From Squalus acanthias (Eukaryota), in the NCBI GenBank assembly GCA_030390025.1, contig CM059431.1, positions 158,970,001 to 159,034,000 of the forward strand: a stretch of DNA of 64,000 bases, written 5' to 3'. Every line of letters starts with the position of its first letter. Positions within the stretch are counted from its first letter, which is position 1. Below the pieces are notes generated by a model. That model was not told the DNA's origin. It worked only from the letters and a program-made list of their open reading frames with translations, and searched no databases. The position numbers were made by a program, and so were the translations under genes. This document shows, one piece after another, positions 37,723-50,200 of this stretch.

Positions 37723-39619
37723 AATAAATGGTAGAATACCGAGAAGTGTAGAGGAACAGAGGGACCTTGGAGTGCATGTCAACAGATCCCTGAAAGTAGC
37801 AGGGCAGGTAGATAAGGTGGTTAGGAAGGCATGCGGGACACTTGCCTTATTAGTCGAGGCATAGGATATAAGAGCAGGGATGATATGCTTGAACTGTATA
37901 AAACACTAGTTAGCCCACAGCTAGAATACTGTGTGTAGTTCTGGGTCACCACATTACAGGAAGAATGGGATTGCACTGGAGAGGGTGCAGAGGAGATTTA
38001 CGAGGATGTTGCCTGGGCTCGGGAGTTTTAGCTATGAGGAAAGATTGGATAGACTGGGTTGTTTACTTTGGAACAGAGGAGGCCGTGGGACGACTGAATT
38101 GAGGTGTATAAAATCATGAGTAGCCTAGATGAAGTGGATAGGAAGGACTTATTTCCCTTAGCAGAAGGTTCAATAACCAGGGGGCATAGATTTAAAGTAA
38201 TTGGTAGGCTGTTTAGTGACGATTTGAGGAGAACTGATTTCAACCAGAGGGTGGTGGGTGTCTGGAACTCACTGCCTGAAAGGGTGGTAGACGCAGAAAC
38301 CCTCATCACATTTATAAAGTAATTGGATATGCACTTGAAGTGCCGTAACCTAGAAAGCTATGGACCAAGAGAGAATTAAAGGATTCGAACAGGGATTCTA
38401 GGGAGAGAGGCACAAGAGCTTATTTAATAACACTTTTGAGGGCGTTAGATCACTTACACCAATATTAAATAGTGTTCATAACGCCGGAGATCCAATCCTC
38501 CTGGATCCTATGTGATAGAATAGTGAATGCTGTGGAGAGGTGAGAGACGACAAGGGTACAGCACCATGGACAGAGTGACGGAGGATGTTATTCCCGACTC
38601 TGATCTGGGCAACTTGAAATACATTGGATCTAAAGCACTGAAACTGGCCATTCGTTCCAAGTTGTATATGTTCGTATTTTTACTCCACTCGAGACTCCTC
38701 TCAATCTAATTACCTAATTCCACTCTGCCCCGCACCCCTCCATTCCTTTCTTCCTCATAGATGCATCAAGCCTCTCTATAAATTTGACAAAGGTGAGTGC
38801 TTTCATCAGGGTCGAAGAGAGAATTCGCTATTCTATCACATAGAATCCTGTTCCATTACCAGGCCTCCAATTTCCACTCCCATAATGCTGCTCATCCTGT
38901 GGTGTCTGTCCTCCCTACTCGAACGCAGATCGAAGATTTATTTCAATGGATGAACTTTCTACCTTCTCTGACTCTGCTCCTTATCCTTTCTCATTCCTCC
39001 TCATCACCATGATGCTGCACCTCAGAAAACTCATCTGCAGGCAAAAAATAATGTTTTATATGTGTGCCGGTGCCCCACAAGCTCAGTCTCTCCAACAGTT
39101 ATTCAACACATTCATTGCAGTGAATCAACTTGTCTAACCTTACGTTGTACAAGAGGTACAGTTTCCACTTGGGCTGGTTCAAGGCCACATGGGCCAATAT
39201 TGAACCAACTAAAGCTGCTTCTTCTGCAGGCAAACCGAGTACTGTTGCATCAGCAGCAGATCTGAGAGGTCCAATGTCCACTTTTACAAATTTGCAGTGT
39301 CTCAAACCTCCAGTGTTGTGCTGCGATCGCCACCTCATGCACCTACTGTGACTATGCGAGGCTGCATCACATAAAGTGAAAGACAATTCTTGCAATATTT
39401 CCTGATTGCCTCAAAAATACAGATGTCATTGAGGTAGTTGGCTGTTGAAGGCAGACAAACCCTGAAAGCAGGTTGAGCATTTTGAAATTCTCTTACTTTT
39501 TCCAAGCTTTTTGTACCAGTAGAATTGAACTCTGACATCTTTCTGGGGACCAAAACATACTGTTGCTTAGAAAAAGATGTGGGGCCCGAATGCGTCATGA
39601 ATCCGAATGATGGCTCAAT

Positions 39620-40720
39620 AAAAGTTAGGGAACCTCTGATCTATAGCATGGATGTAGTTTAGGATGAACAGTGGTCACTACACGGATACTTACGGGACTC
39701 CACCAGTAACCGTTATCCACGTACAGCCGCTCCCGTTAATAACAAGCCTTTTTCTGCGAAAATATAACCAAGTACCTATCAAATCAGAATCTACCCTCTT
39801 CTCCCGCAGGAAGCCATGTTATGAAGTGAGGCCTTGTGAGGCACCTTGTTAAACGTTTGCTCAAGTTCCAAATATTTAATGTCAACAACAAACCGGTTTA
39901 CTTCCTCAGAACAATGACCCAAGTTGGTGAGATATGACATTCTATTTTAGAAGCCATGTTGTGTATCTCTGATAACTCCTATTATTTCCACGTGGTCGTA
40001 CAGGGTATCGGCAATGATCGCTTCTCACAACTTTCCACTAAGCGGAAGTTAAGCTAATTGGTTTATAATTTCCTGGATCTGAATGTCACCTTTTAAAATT
40101 TGAAACAGTATTAACTTCCCTACAATTCATGTGGTAATATACCATTTGTAGTGAACTATTAAGGATATAGACCAGGTGCAAACTTAACACATCCCTTGGG
40201 ATGAATGCCAGACGTACATGGACCCTGTCAGACTTGAAACGCCGGGGTAGCAATTAGTCTTTTATGGCACCACAAAGTTCCACTGACTTCAATAGAACGG
40301 AATATGGGGCGGCGAATATAACAGGCGGCGAATTCGGCCGGCCCTTTCTGGACTGCCGCCCAAGATGAATTCCTATCCCCTACTCCCATTATTTTATTCT
40401 GGGTTATACGTGTAGCTACTTTGGCATTATCAACACCAGTACTAACTATTCATTGCATTAATGGTAACAGAGCATCATCTACTGGAGTGAAGACTGATGC
40501 TACCTAGCCGTTCAAAAACTCTGAAATGTCTTAGTCTTATGCTAGAGTTTGTCCTGTTGTGTCTTTAACGACGCTATGGTTCTGTTTTTGCCCTGTGTCA
40601 TGACAAAACTAAGTAAGGACTTTGTTATTGCTGCTGCAGTTATCGAAAACTTTATTTCAACTAACATTTTGCCCGTTTAAATGGCAGCTTTTGTAGCCTG
40701 ATGCTGAGCCTGGTCTTTTC
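39620..40720 (-). mobile_element. Ancient CR1 ORF2 fragments, with a possible ~140-bp MITE relic at 40243-40380
   Basis: Degenerate reverse-strand matches to GVP and NY(K)PISL regions; imperfect ends ggggtagcaatt / aattcctatcccc. Confidence 0.5.
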
Positions 40721-40736
40721 CGGGGATTCATTTAAA

Positions 40737-42256
40737 CAGAGAATGATACAGTACAGAAGGAGGCCTTTCGGCCCATGTGCCAGCGCTTTGGTAGATTTAT
40801 CCAATTAATTCCACTCTACTGCTCTTGCCCATAGCCATGTAATTTATTTCGCTCCCCAAGTATTTATCCATTTCTGTTTTGAATATTACCATTGAATCTT
40901 TTTCCACCACCCTTTCAGGCAGTGCAGTCCAAATCACAGTAATTCGCTGTATAAAGAATGTTTCCTCCTGTCGCCTCTGGTTCTTTTCCCAATCACCTTA
41001 AATCTGTGTCTTCTGGTTAACGACCCTTCCACCACTGAAATCTGTTTCTCCTTATTCATTCTATCAAACCAGTTCATGATCTTGAGCACTTATATCACAA
41101 ATCCTCTTCACCTTCTCTGCTCTAAGGAGAACAGCCCCAGCTTCTCCACTCTCTCCACATAACTGAAGTGCTTCATCCATGATAGCATTCCAGTAAATCT
41201 CTTCTACCCCCTCTCTAAGCACTTGAAAGCCTTGCTAAAAAGTTTTCCTTCCACTTTCAAAGATTTGTGTACAGACACCCCTAGATTTCTCTGTCCCTGT
41301 ACCTCCTTTAAAACAGTACTTTTTACGTTTTATTGCGTCTCCTCATGCTTCCATCCATAATGAATCAATTCATAGTTTTCTCCGTTAAATTTCAGCTGCC
41401 ATGTTTCTGCCCATTTCATCCATCTGTCTATGCCATCCTAAAGATTGTTCCTATACTTCTCATTGTTTACTATATATTGGAGTTTCGTATCATCCCCAAG
41501 TCCCGGTCATTAATATATATCGAAAAGAGCAGTGGTCCTGTGTCCGAGCCCTGGGGAATACCACGTTATAATTTCCTACAGTCTGAACAAGCAACCAGTC
41601 ACCACCACTCTCGCCTATCTGTACCAAAGCCATTTCGCATTCACGATGCCGCTGTCCTTTTAATTCCAAGACCTTTAATTTAGCTAACAAGTCAATCATG
41701 TGGTATTTTGTCAAAAGTCTTTTGAAAGTCTACATACTCAAAGTCAACCGCATTACCCTCATCAACCCTCTCCGTTACTTCATCAAAGAACTAAATCAAG
41801 TTAGCCAAACACGGTTTACCTTAACAAGTCGGTGCTGACTTTCAGTTATTAGCCCATACATTTCCAAAAGCCAAAAAATTTAGTCCCGAATTATTGTCTC
41901 CAAAAGTTTCCCACTACCGACCTTAGCTTGAATGTAGTTGCTCGACTTATCCCTCTCCCCTTTCTAATCAGTGGTTTAGTATTTGCAATCCTCTAGTTCT
42001 CTGCCACCACCTCCATATTTAAGGAGCTTTTGCAAAATGTAGTCAGAGCTTTTGCAGTTTCCACCGTTATTTCTCTCAGTAAACTAGGATACCTCCCATC
42101 CAGACCGGGTGACTTTATTACTTTGAGGACTGCAAACATTTTAAGTGCGTCCTCTTTCTCTATTTTTATCCTATCCAATATCGCTACTACCTCCTCCTTT
42201 ACTGCTACATTGGTAGCACCCTCTTCTCTATTGAAGACAGATGCAAAGTATTCATT
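40737..42256 (-). mobile_element. Old 5'-truncated CR1, internally deleted
   Basis: 3' end at cagaaggaggcctttcggcc; NEYFASVF..KSPGLDG (ORF 41993-42274). Confidence 0.85.
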
Positions 42257-42544
42257 CATACGGGAGTAGGCCATTCCGCTCCTCTGGCATGTTACACAGG
42301 AATGGGAATAGGCCGCTCAACCCTTCGAACATGTTACATAGGACGAGCAGTCATCGATTCGGTCCCACGGGCCTGTTACATAGGTACAGGAGTAGGTCAT
42401 CCAGCTGCTTGAACCTGTTATATTGGAACATGAGTAGACCATTCAGCCGCTCGAGCAATATATATAGGAAAAAGCGACGGCCAATTTGGCCCTCGAGTCC
42501 GTTACTCGAATAGCAGGATGCAATCCAGCCCCTCGAGTCTGCTA
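42257..42544 (-). repeat. Diverged 42-bp tandem array (7 units) derived from the CR1 3' terminal stem-loop
   Basis: Units start at 42295, 42337, 42379, 42421, 42463, 42505; consensus about cataggaacaggagtaggccattcagcccctcgagcctgtta. Confidence 0.85.
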
Positions 42545-43022
42545 AAAGGGAGCAGTGGTAGATATCCAATGGACATCTTTTCAAGCCGATAGAACCACAA
42601 TACTGATAAGAGATCAATTATGTTCAAACAGCTTTGTTTAAAGTATGTGGGGGGAAAAGCTCATATTTATCACCAGATTATCCATATGTATCACCAAATG
42701 CTCCATATTTATTACTATATGTTGGAAAACAATAGTGAACCTTCTGTTCATTTTTAAAGGGAAGGAGGAGGCAGGAATCGAATACTGAATTCTAGGTCGT
42801 CGCCTTAACCTTTCCGCAAGGGCGATACCTCGCTTTAGCCGCTTTATTTGACACAATGAGGAAAGGTTGTTGATTCTGTTCGATCGCTGGGCGGGGACTT
42901 ACGCGAAAGAAATTGCCGGTGCCGGACACGACAAGTGTCTCAGAGCAAAGGGAGACTTCACTTTAATTCTCGGAGCTGCAGGTGACAGGTCTGCTTGGGG
43001 ATTTACTGGTGGGAAAAACATT

Positions 43023-43578
43023 GGCCCGTATTTTCCACTGCCTACGGGTGCGACCGCGTACACACCCGTAGGCACTGGAAGAGAAAAAGTGAAAACCCGG
43101 AACTTACGATCTGCCACGAATAATTCCCGGGAAAAGTGCATTCACGGGTAGAGAGTTGGGTTATTCACTCAACTACTGCCCAGCGAATGCCCGTGAAAAT
43201 CGTCTGGCTGGTTAAAAACTGGCGTAAGGCGTTCTGTTGACAGCATAAGTGTTGAAATAAATATTTTTTATAATTCAATTATTTAAACTTTAAAACACCA
43301 GTAAAATAAATTTAGGTTATTTTTAGCACATTTAAAACGTTTAAAATTATTTTTCAAAATAGTAAACATTTGTTTAAAATGTTTAATTAAATTGTATTTT
43401 AATTAAATTTAAATACGTAACTTTTTTTAATTATTTGGTATGTCAGTATGTTTTTTATGTCATCCACATTCATGCTTATGGGGATTCCGGTCGTGCAGAA
43501 TCCCCATACGCATATATTGGGATTCCCTTCTTTCAAAGGTTCGGCCGGCCCACGCGATACGTGGAATTCTGCGCATGT
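43023..43578. mobile_element. Harbinger-like MITE, left part; continues at about 61118-61225 after the CR1/ERV-B stack
   Basis: Begins ggcccgtattttcc after att; 18-bp internal stem at about 43033-43080; AT-rich core like 37008-37722; atgt on both sides of the CR1. Confidence 0.7.
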
Positions 43579-43794
43579 CATAGAAATATAGAAGATAGGA
43601 GCAGGAGCAGGCCATTCAGTCCCTTGAGCCTGCTCCGCCATTCAATGAGATCATGGCTGATCTTCCAAATTCAGCACCCTGTCCCTGCCTTCTTCCCATA
43701 TCGCTTGATCACTTTAGCTTTAAGAAATATATCCAACTCCTTCTTAAATATATTTAATGAATTGGCCTCTACTGCCTTCTGTGGTAGAGAATTC

Positions 43795-45417
43795 TGTAAA
43801 GCTTCGCAATGATCGCGATTCAAAATAACAAGAGAGAAGCAGATTCGTTTGATCAGTTTTATTAAACGAAATGCTGTCCTGATAATAAAGGACACAGAAG
43901 CCTGTAAAATGGCCGCCGCGCATCTTGGCAAAATCTTCCTGAAATACAGTGGGCAGACAAGATGGCGTCGAATAAACATTCAGTATAAGATTGGATCATA
44001 CTCGGTAAACATGATAAAGACAGGATGCAACCCGTTTGCATTTGGAACAATAGCAAAGATATAAGTGCTGGAATCGTTCTCCTATGCACAGCAAGGACCA
44101 TTCTACTGGGCAATTGAAGGCCCATCCAGACACATCAATGCACAAATACCCCCACGGCTCTACAATGAGAGAGACATTGACGGGTGATTAAGTCAGTATT
44201 CGGGAAGGCCCCAAAACCAGTCAGGGAGACTCCTGGCTGGGTCAACAATGTGTAAAACATTAACGGATAGTTGGCTAGTTTCAGCAGCTACCGAAAGCCG
44301 TTAAAGAGAAGAATTGCCCCATGCTGGGAGTTTTGTGCGCCAATATTACACAAAGGACAAACATTAAGATTTGAGCGGGAGATAAGGGGACACAGCACTA
44401 TAACTATAGAGAACAAATGTCCATCGCTCTCTTTTTTTTCTCTTATCTCTCGGCGGACCCTTGCTGAAGCTCTTCCTTGGAGCTGGACTACTGTGTTTCT
44501 CTGGACTTTGTTGACTCTTGACTCTTAGCCGTACTGGTCGGTTATTCGAATGTTGGGTGGAGCTCAATCGGAACGAGCCGCCCCGACAAGGGCAAGTATC
44601 AGGGTACACCATCCCGAGTGTCGGTAAACGGTGTCTGGACCCGAAGGCCCGAAGAGACGAGACGAGAAGAAGACGAGAAGAATCCGCGTGCCGCCACAGT
44701 CAGTAAACCCCGATGGCGGCCGAAAATATAAATAAAAAACTCTTCTTTGAGTTCGAACGACTAGAACCTGTATCGAGCACAGGAAGACTCTTCTTTGAAT
44801 TTTACAAACGTTCCGAGTTCTGCCGAGTTCTTCATGACAACAGAGAGTCTGGCCTGCTTTTCGCAGCAGCGAAAGTAAACAAGTGGGGTGCAGAAGCCCT
44901 TCCAAACACATGACAGTCAGGCGCTGCAGCGAAACGAGCTGAGTGCCTCACTTTAAAAATCTCCGAAGTAACACGATTGGTGAGCATGTTTTCCGATCCT
45001 ACAAATCTAGACGAAGTGTAGGTATTGTTAAGGGAGTGTGGTTTTTAATAAGGTTAAGGTATAATGTGTTTCCCTTTTTACGATGTGCCGTGTGTTCTTC
45101 ATTTCCATAGACCAAGCTTTATGAATGTATGTATACTTGTACTCTCGTTGATTTGCGCCTATGACATGTACTTCTTGATTTTGGACGCAATGCAATAAAG
45201 ATTTCCATTTCCTACTATTCAACCGGGTCTATTTGAGTTTTCTCTGCATTACTGCTCCCTGCACCTAAGTCCAGTGTTAGAACCGTAAGGGCGAGTGGGT
45301 CGAACCACTCACAGGTACTTATTGTAAAAAGGCTGGCCGGAGACTAGAGCAAGCAGTAGTATTAGGCAACGAAGACCTAACCTCGCACCAGCACCGTCTG
45401 AGACACGCCCCCTTACA
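43795..45417 (+). repeat. ERV-B 5' LTR (1623 bp)
   Basis: Colinear with 56959-58567; AATAAA at 45194-45199. Confidence 0.95.
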
Positions 45418-45422
45418 GAAAA

Positions 45423-45442
45423 TGGCGACCGCGGCAGGACTC
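45423..45442 (+). promoter_or_regulatory. ERV-B primer-binding site, tRNA-Arg(UCG)
   Basis: tggcgaccgcggcaggactc is the reverse complement of GAGUCCUGCCGCGGUCG-CCA, the 3' end of vertebrate tRNA-Arg(UCG) as recalled; 5-nt spacer after the LTR. Confidence 0.88.
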
Positions 45443-45493
45443 TAGCAGCAGGAGAGTAATGTTTTAGAACCTGGTTTGAATAGGCGAAATGTG

Positions 45494-47243
45494 ATGGATG
45501 AGAGGGGAGCCGACTATGTGTTTGGTAAGGTTAACTTAACCAAAAAGTGGATAAGTGACCTACTGATGGATAAGTGTCCGCTAGACGCCGCCATCAAATG
45601 GACAGGCAGTAAAGAGCATAAGAAGTCGATAGAGAAAGCGGTCTGGCTGATGTACTACAAGAAGCAAGTCCAACTTTCGGGTCAGGTCATTGCAGCACAG
45701 GCAGCTCAGATCAGGGAATTGGAAGTTGAGATGGAGGAAAGGTCATGGGAGGACAGAAACTCATTGCATCATTGAATGCGTTACATCAGGAACGCCAAAT
45801 AGTAGCCAACCACCATGAGGCTAAAATTGATTACCTGGAATGTCAGGTCACGGAAGCGAAATTAAACGAGGGTAGGATTAGAGAACCGCATATCCGCTTG
45901 GTTAGCCAAATAAAAGCCCAGGAAGAGAGCTTGAAGGGAGTTAGGGCGGCATATAAGATGGCCCTCGAGGATAGGCACGAGGGAGCCGACCACAGTGTTC
46001 GCCAGAAGGAGATAGGGAACCAAAGAGAGGCCCTCAATAAGGCAAACGGCTTGGTGTGTCTCATCAGCCCGTCAGCGAGCCAGCCACAGGTGGGTAGGGA
46101 ATTCCCAAAATCCCTACCAGAAAAAGCAGAAGAGGTATCTGCCACTATGCCCTCCGCGCCACCCAACTATTCGGCAACCTGGGTAAGGGAGGAAGTGGTG
46201 GAAATAGAGAAAAAGTTTCCCGAGGTAGGACAATCCCCGGAGGTAGAGTCGAGACCGGGACCGATGTGTCCGCTCCGAGGTCACAAGAGAGGCCCGAATG
46301 CAGACAATGGGGAAGAGGAGGATAACCTGAACCAACTTGTATTGCCCCACAGCTCACAACAGCTGAGAGCAATGATTAGCCATGTACGGAAGCTGTCCGA
46401 GTCAGATGACCCTTCCGTACATTTTAGAGAAGTAGAACAGACCGCAGCAATTAATGGCTACGACGATGAGGAAAAGACCAAAATGTTGCTGTTCTCTTTA
46501 GATAGCTCGATCCTTCAGTGTCTCTCCGACGAGAGCAAGAAGGGAAATAAAACCTATGGGGAGTTACGGGACGAGGTCCTAGAAGTGTTAGGGGCGGATG
46601 ACGAAGGTCCGTTCGTCAGATTCTGTCATACCGTACAGATGGAGGGAGAAACCCCGCGGGTTTTCGCCGACAGACTGTGGCCAGTATACCAGCGTAGCTG
46701 CCCAGGTGCGCCAGGGCGCAACTACCTGGACGGTGCCGGAAAAGCTCATTGGCTCAGGTGCATGGTAGCCAACAGTTTGCCAGCCGTCAGGGAGCAGGCC
46801 AGAGCGTGGTTTGATCCCACTAACCCCGCCACAACAGAGGAGGCTGTCCTAAATCGACTCACCATAGGGTATCGGAACACTAGGAGCACGGGAGCGCGTC
46901 CCCTTAAGGGAAAGGTTGATGAGGCAAGGACCGCAGCTCCGGCTCAGAAAGAGTGGCATCAGGAGGGAAATTGCGCCCCACAAACCAGTGGTGTTTGTTA
47001 CGGGTGCGGGAAGACAGGTCACTGGCGTAAAAACTGCAGGAATCCTTGGAAGGACTCCAGGGACAAAGTTCCGCAGTCCGAACCCAAGCACCTGTCTCTG
47101 AGAAAGGTGCTGGTGTGTCTATCCATCCCGATGCGATAAAATCAATTTTGGGAGCCATGCGGTCCCTTATGATTTCGCAAGGAAGGGTGGCAGTCGCTAC
47201 CGGCCCCACAGATGCCACAACCCCGTCCACCAGTACCCAATCA
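45494..47243 (+). pseudogene. gag: ERV-B gag, two frameshifts
   Basis: ORFs 45476-45775, 45745-47139 and 47046-47429; coiled-coil N-terminus, MHR-like QMEGETPRVFADRLW, CYGCGKTGHWRKNC. Confidence 0.9.
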
Positions 47244-50200
47244 CTAAATCCCGCACAGCCCGTTTACCTGTGTCTGCTCAGCTATGATGCGTGGAAAAGA
47301 CCCCTGGTAGAGATGGAGGTAGAGAAGCAGAAGGGTAGTTACTTGTTGGACACGGGAGCTTCATGCACCGTGATCCATAAGGATAGCCCCTTTGACTCAC
47401 CACTGTCTACCAAGGTCCATTCACATTAGCAGGGTTCACGGGAAAGAGCAGGCTGGTGCGTTCTCCATTCCGCTCTCCATTCATTTAGGAGCACTCCACA
47501 GCACATGGAAGTGCATACTGATGAAATGGCAAGAGGGGGGTGGCAGAGGTATCCTCGGATCGGATCTCCTAGCGGAACACGGGATCCTCGTGGACCTTAG
47601 GAATCACTGTCTCTGGGGAGCCAAGGGTGGAAAAGGCAAGGTAGTTGTAATCCCAGGGAAGGAAGGAAAAGGGGCCCTGTGTACCATGAAGCCATCCGGA
47701 GGTTACGACTTCGGGCTTATGATCGCGGATGTCCCAACGGACATGCAAACGTACGTGTCAGATAATATGCATGCGTTTGCAACCCACAAGTACGATTGTG
47801 GGAGGGTTATCGGGTTTGAGGTCAGCATAGACGGGGATCCCATGACCCGGCCCCAAAGCAGTATAACTTCCCCAAAGAAGCAGAACCCGACATTGAGACA
47901 GCAATGTCCTCATTAGGGCAGCAGGGCGTGTTGAGGCCGATAGCCACACACGTGAACTCCCCATTATGGCCGGTAAGGAAGCCGGATAATTCGTGGAGGG
48001 CCACGCCGGACTACAGAGTCCTTAACAGTAACATCCCCGCCTGCGCTACCACTGTAGCAGCAGTTGCTGACCTAATAGGGAGTATCCCAGCGTCCGCGAT
48101 CACGTTCACGGTGCTTGATATTTCGAACGGTTTTTGGTCCATCCCGCTGCGGCGGGAGGACAAGTACAAGTTTGCCTTTACTTTCAAAGGACAACAGTAA
48201 ACGTGGAACTGTTTGCCACAGGGATTCCACAACAGCCCCAGTATTTTCCATCAGTGTATGGAAGGAAGTTTAAAGGTGTTTAGTCAGCCCAATCAGATAG
48301 TGCAGTACGTGGATGATTTGCTCCTGTTCACGGACTCAAGGGAGGAGCATGGACCAATGCTCGCCGAGTTATAGGAGCTGCTAGGGAGAAAGGGTTTTAA
48401 AGTTAACCCTAAGAAAGCACGTATCGGTCAGCAGAAAGCTAAAATTCCTGGTCTGATCATTCGCGCTGGGGAAAGAGCCATAGATAAGGCTAGGAGGGAG
48501 TCGGTGCAGGAGTTACCGATTCCCAACACCATAACTGGTATGAGGTCCTTTCTGGGACTGACCGGTTACTGTAGAGACTTCATCGAGGACTATGCGGCCA
48601 CAGCAACTCCGCTGCTCCGACTCCTCCATAAGGGAGTGGAGTGGTCTTGGGACGAGGGTTGTCAGGCAGCATTCGAGAAGTTAAAAAGGGATCTGCAGAC
48701 CGCGCCAGCTTTAGGGGTGATAGATGGGGGGGAGGAGTTTTTCCTGGAGGTAGCTGCCAGCGGGGACAGCTTGAGCGCTGTGCTGCTCCAAGAGCGACCC
48801 GGCAAGCTGAGGCCGGTTGTCTATTCGTCCAGGGTGTTAACGGATGTGGAAAGGAGTTTTTGCAACTGCGAAAGGCATCTTTTAGCCACGCATTGGGCTG
48901 TGAAAAGATCAGCGATCTTCACAGGGCTCTCTCCCATCACTCTCCTCATCCATCACACGCCAACCAAGATGCTTCTGGATGGGAGGAATCAGGATGGGAC
49001 CGTAAGCTGCGCTCGTATTGCGCGCTTGACCCTTCTCCTTTCATAGAAACATAGAAACATAGAATCTAGGAGCAGGAGTAGGCCATTCGGCCCGTCGAGC
49101 CTGCTCCACCATTCAATACGATCATGGCTGATCATTCAAATCCAGTACCCTGTCCCTGCTTTAATCCCCACAGTACACATATCCCACCCTAGCCCCGTAA
49201 CCCCACGTATTTAATTCCCCCTAACATATCCCATCCTATCCCCCTCCCCTCCTCCTAACACTAAGGGTCAATTTATCATAGCCAAATCAACCTAACCCGC
49301 ACATTTTTGGACTGTGGGAGGAAACCGGAGCACCCGGAGGAAACCCACGCAGACACGGGGAGAATGTGCAAACTCCACACAGACAGTCACCCAGATGGAT
49401 CTTAGAGTGAGAGGTCTTTGCGTGCCCAGGCTCGCGGCCAACTTGGTATACCCCGGAACAGCCCACCAGTGTTCGGTGGAAGGGGTGTGGGAGGTCAACA
49501 TAGGCTTGCGGGCCGGGATACATCCCACAGGTCGCGAGATTTATGTTGATGGTTCCAACACAGTGTCCGCTGGCGAACGATCTACAGGGTGTGGAGTTTA
49601 TGACCCTGCGGCAAACCTTGCCTTGGCAATTAAACTCCCCAGCACGATGAGCGAGCAGCAGGCTTAGCTGTCTGCGGTGGCGTACGTCGTTACCCACCCA
49701 GAAATCTTCCCTACCCCATACACGATTTGTTCGGACAGTATGTTTACGTGCATTTCGTGTATGGAATACCTGGCCATTTGGTCCCGCCGTGGCTACACCT
49801 CCGCAGACGGGCGGCCTTTAACGGTGAAGCCCTTGCTGGAAAAGATCCCAGCAGCAGTGGGGGAGGAAGGGGAGATTTTCATCCACAAGGTGAAGGCTCA
49901 CTCCTCCACAGAACCCCGCAGAGAGGGCAACCAGCATGCGGATGCGCTATCCAGGGAAGGTGCCCGTAACTGCATTTTCTGGGACACCTATGGACCCGGA
50001 CCCTTGGCAACGATCCAAGGCAGGGAAGGGAATCCCGGGAACACCAGGCTAGCACTGTCCCTAGACCTTAAGACCGTCCAGAACCAGGAACCCGCCCTAA
50101 AAGCAATTCTCAGAACGATTACTGAGGGCAAGTCGGTAGAGGGCCCGTACAGTACGGCAACCCTGTCCGTTAAAGAAGGCATGCTTTTCCGCGAGGAATA

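Larger units (their letters stand above)
34625..38372 (+). mobile_element. Old CR1 (HER1-like): ORF1 esterase fragment (about 34625-35155) joined by deletion to ORF2 (about 35270-38372); hosts the Penelope foldback and a MITE
   Basis: MVCCLPGA-type esterase region; NYRPVSLISVVGK, DFSKAFDKV, KFNPEKCEVMH. Confidence 0.85.

Noticed and set aside
38700..39600. Cluster of short ORFs with an acceptor-like site on the minus strand
   Set aside because: No recognisable domain; may be a very old DNA-transposon remnant but this is unsupported
42257..42544. CRISPR-like periodic array
   Set aside because: Units are homologous over their whole length with no unique spacers, derive from the CR1 3' end, and the context is eukaryotic
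42545..43022. GC-richer unique segment with a minus-strand GTAAGT near 42900, a possible promoter or first exon
   Set aside because: Single motif only; cannot be supported without transcript data
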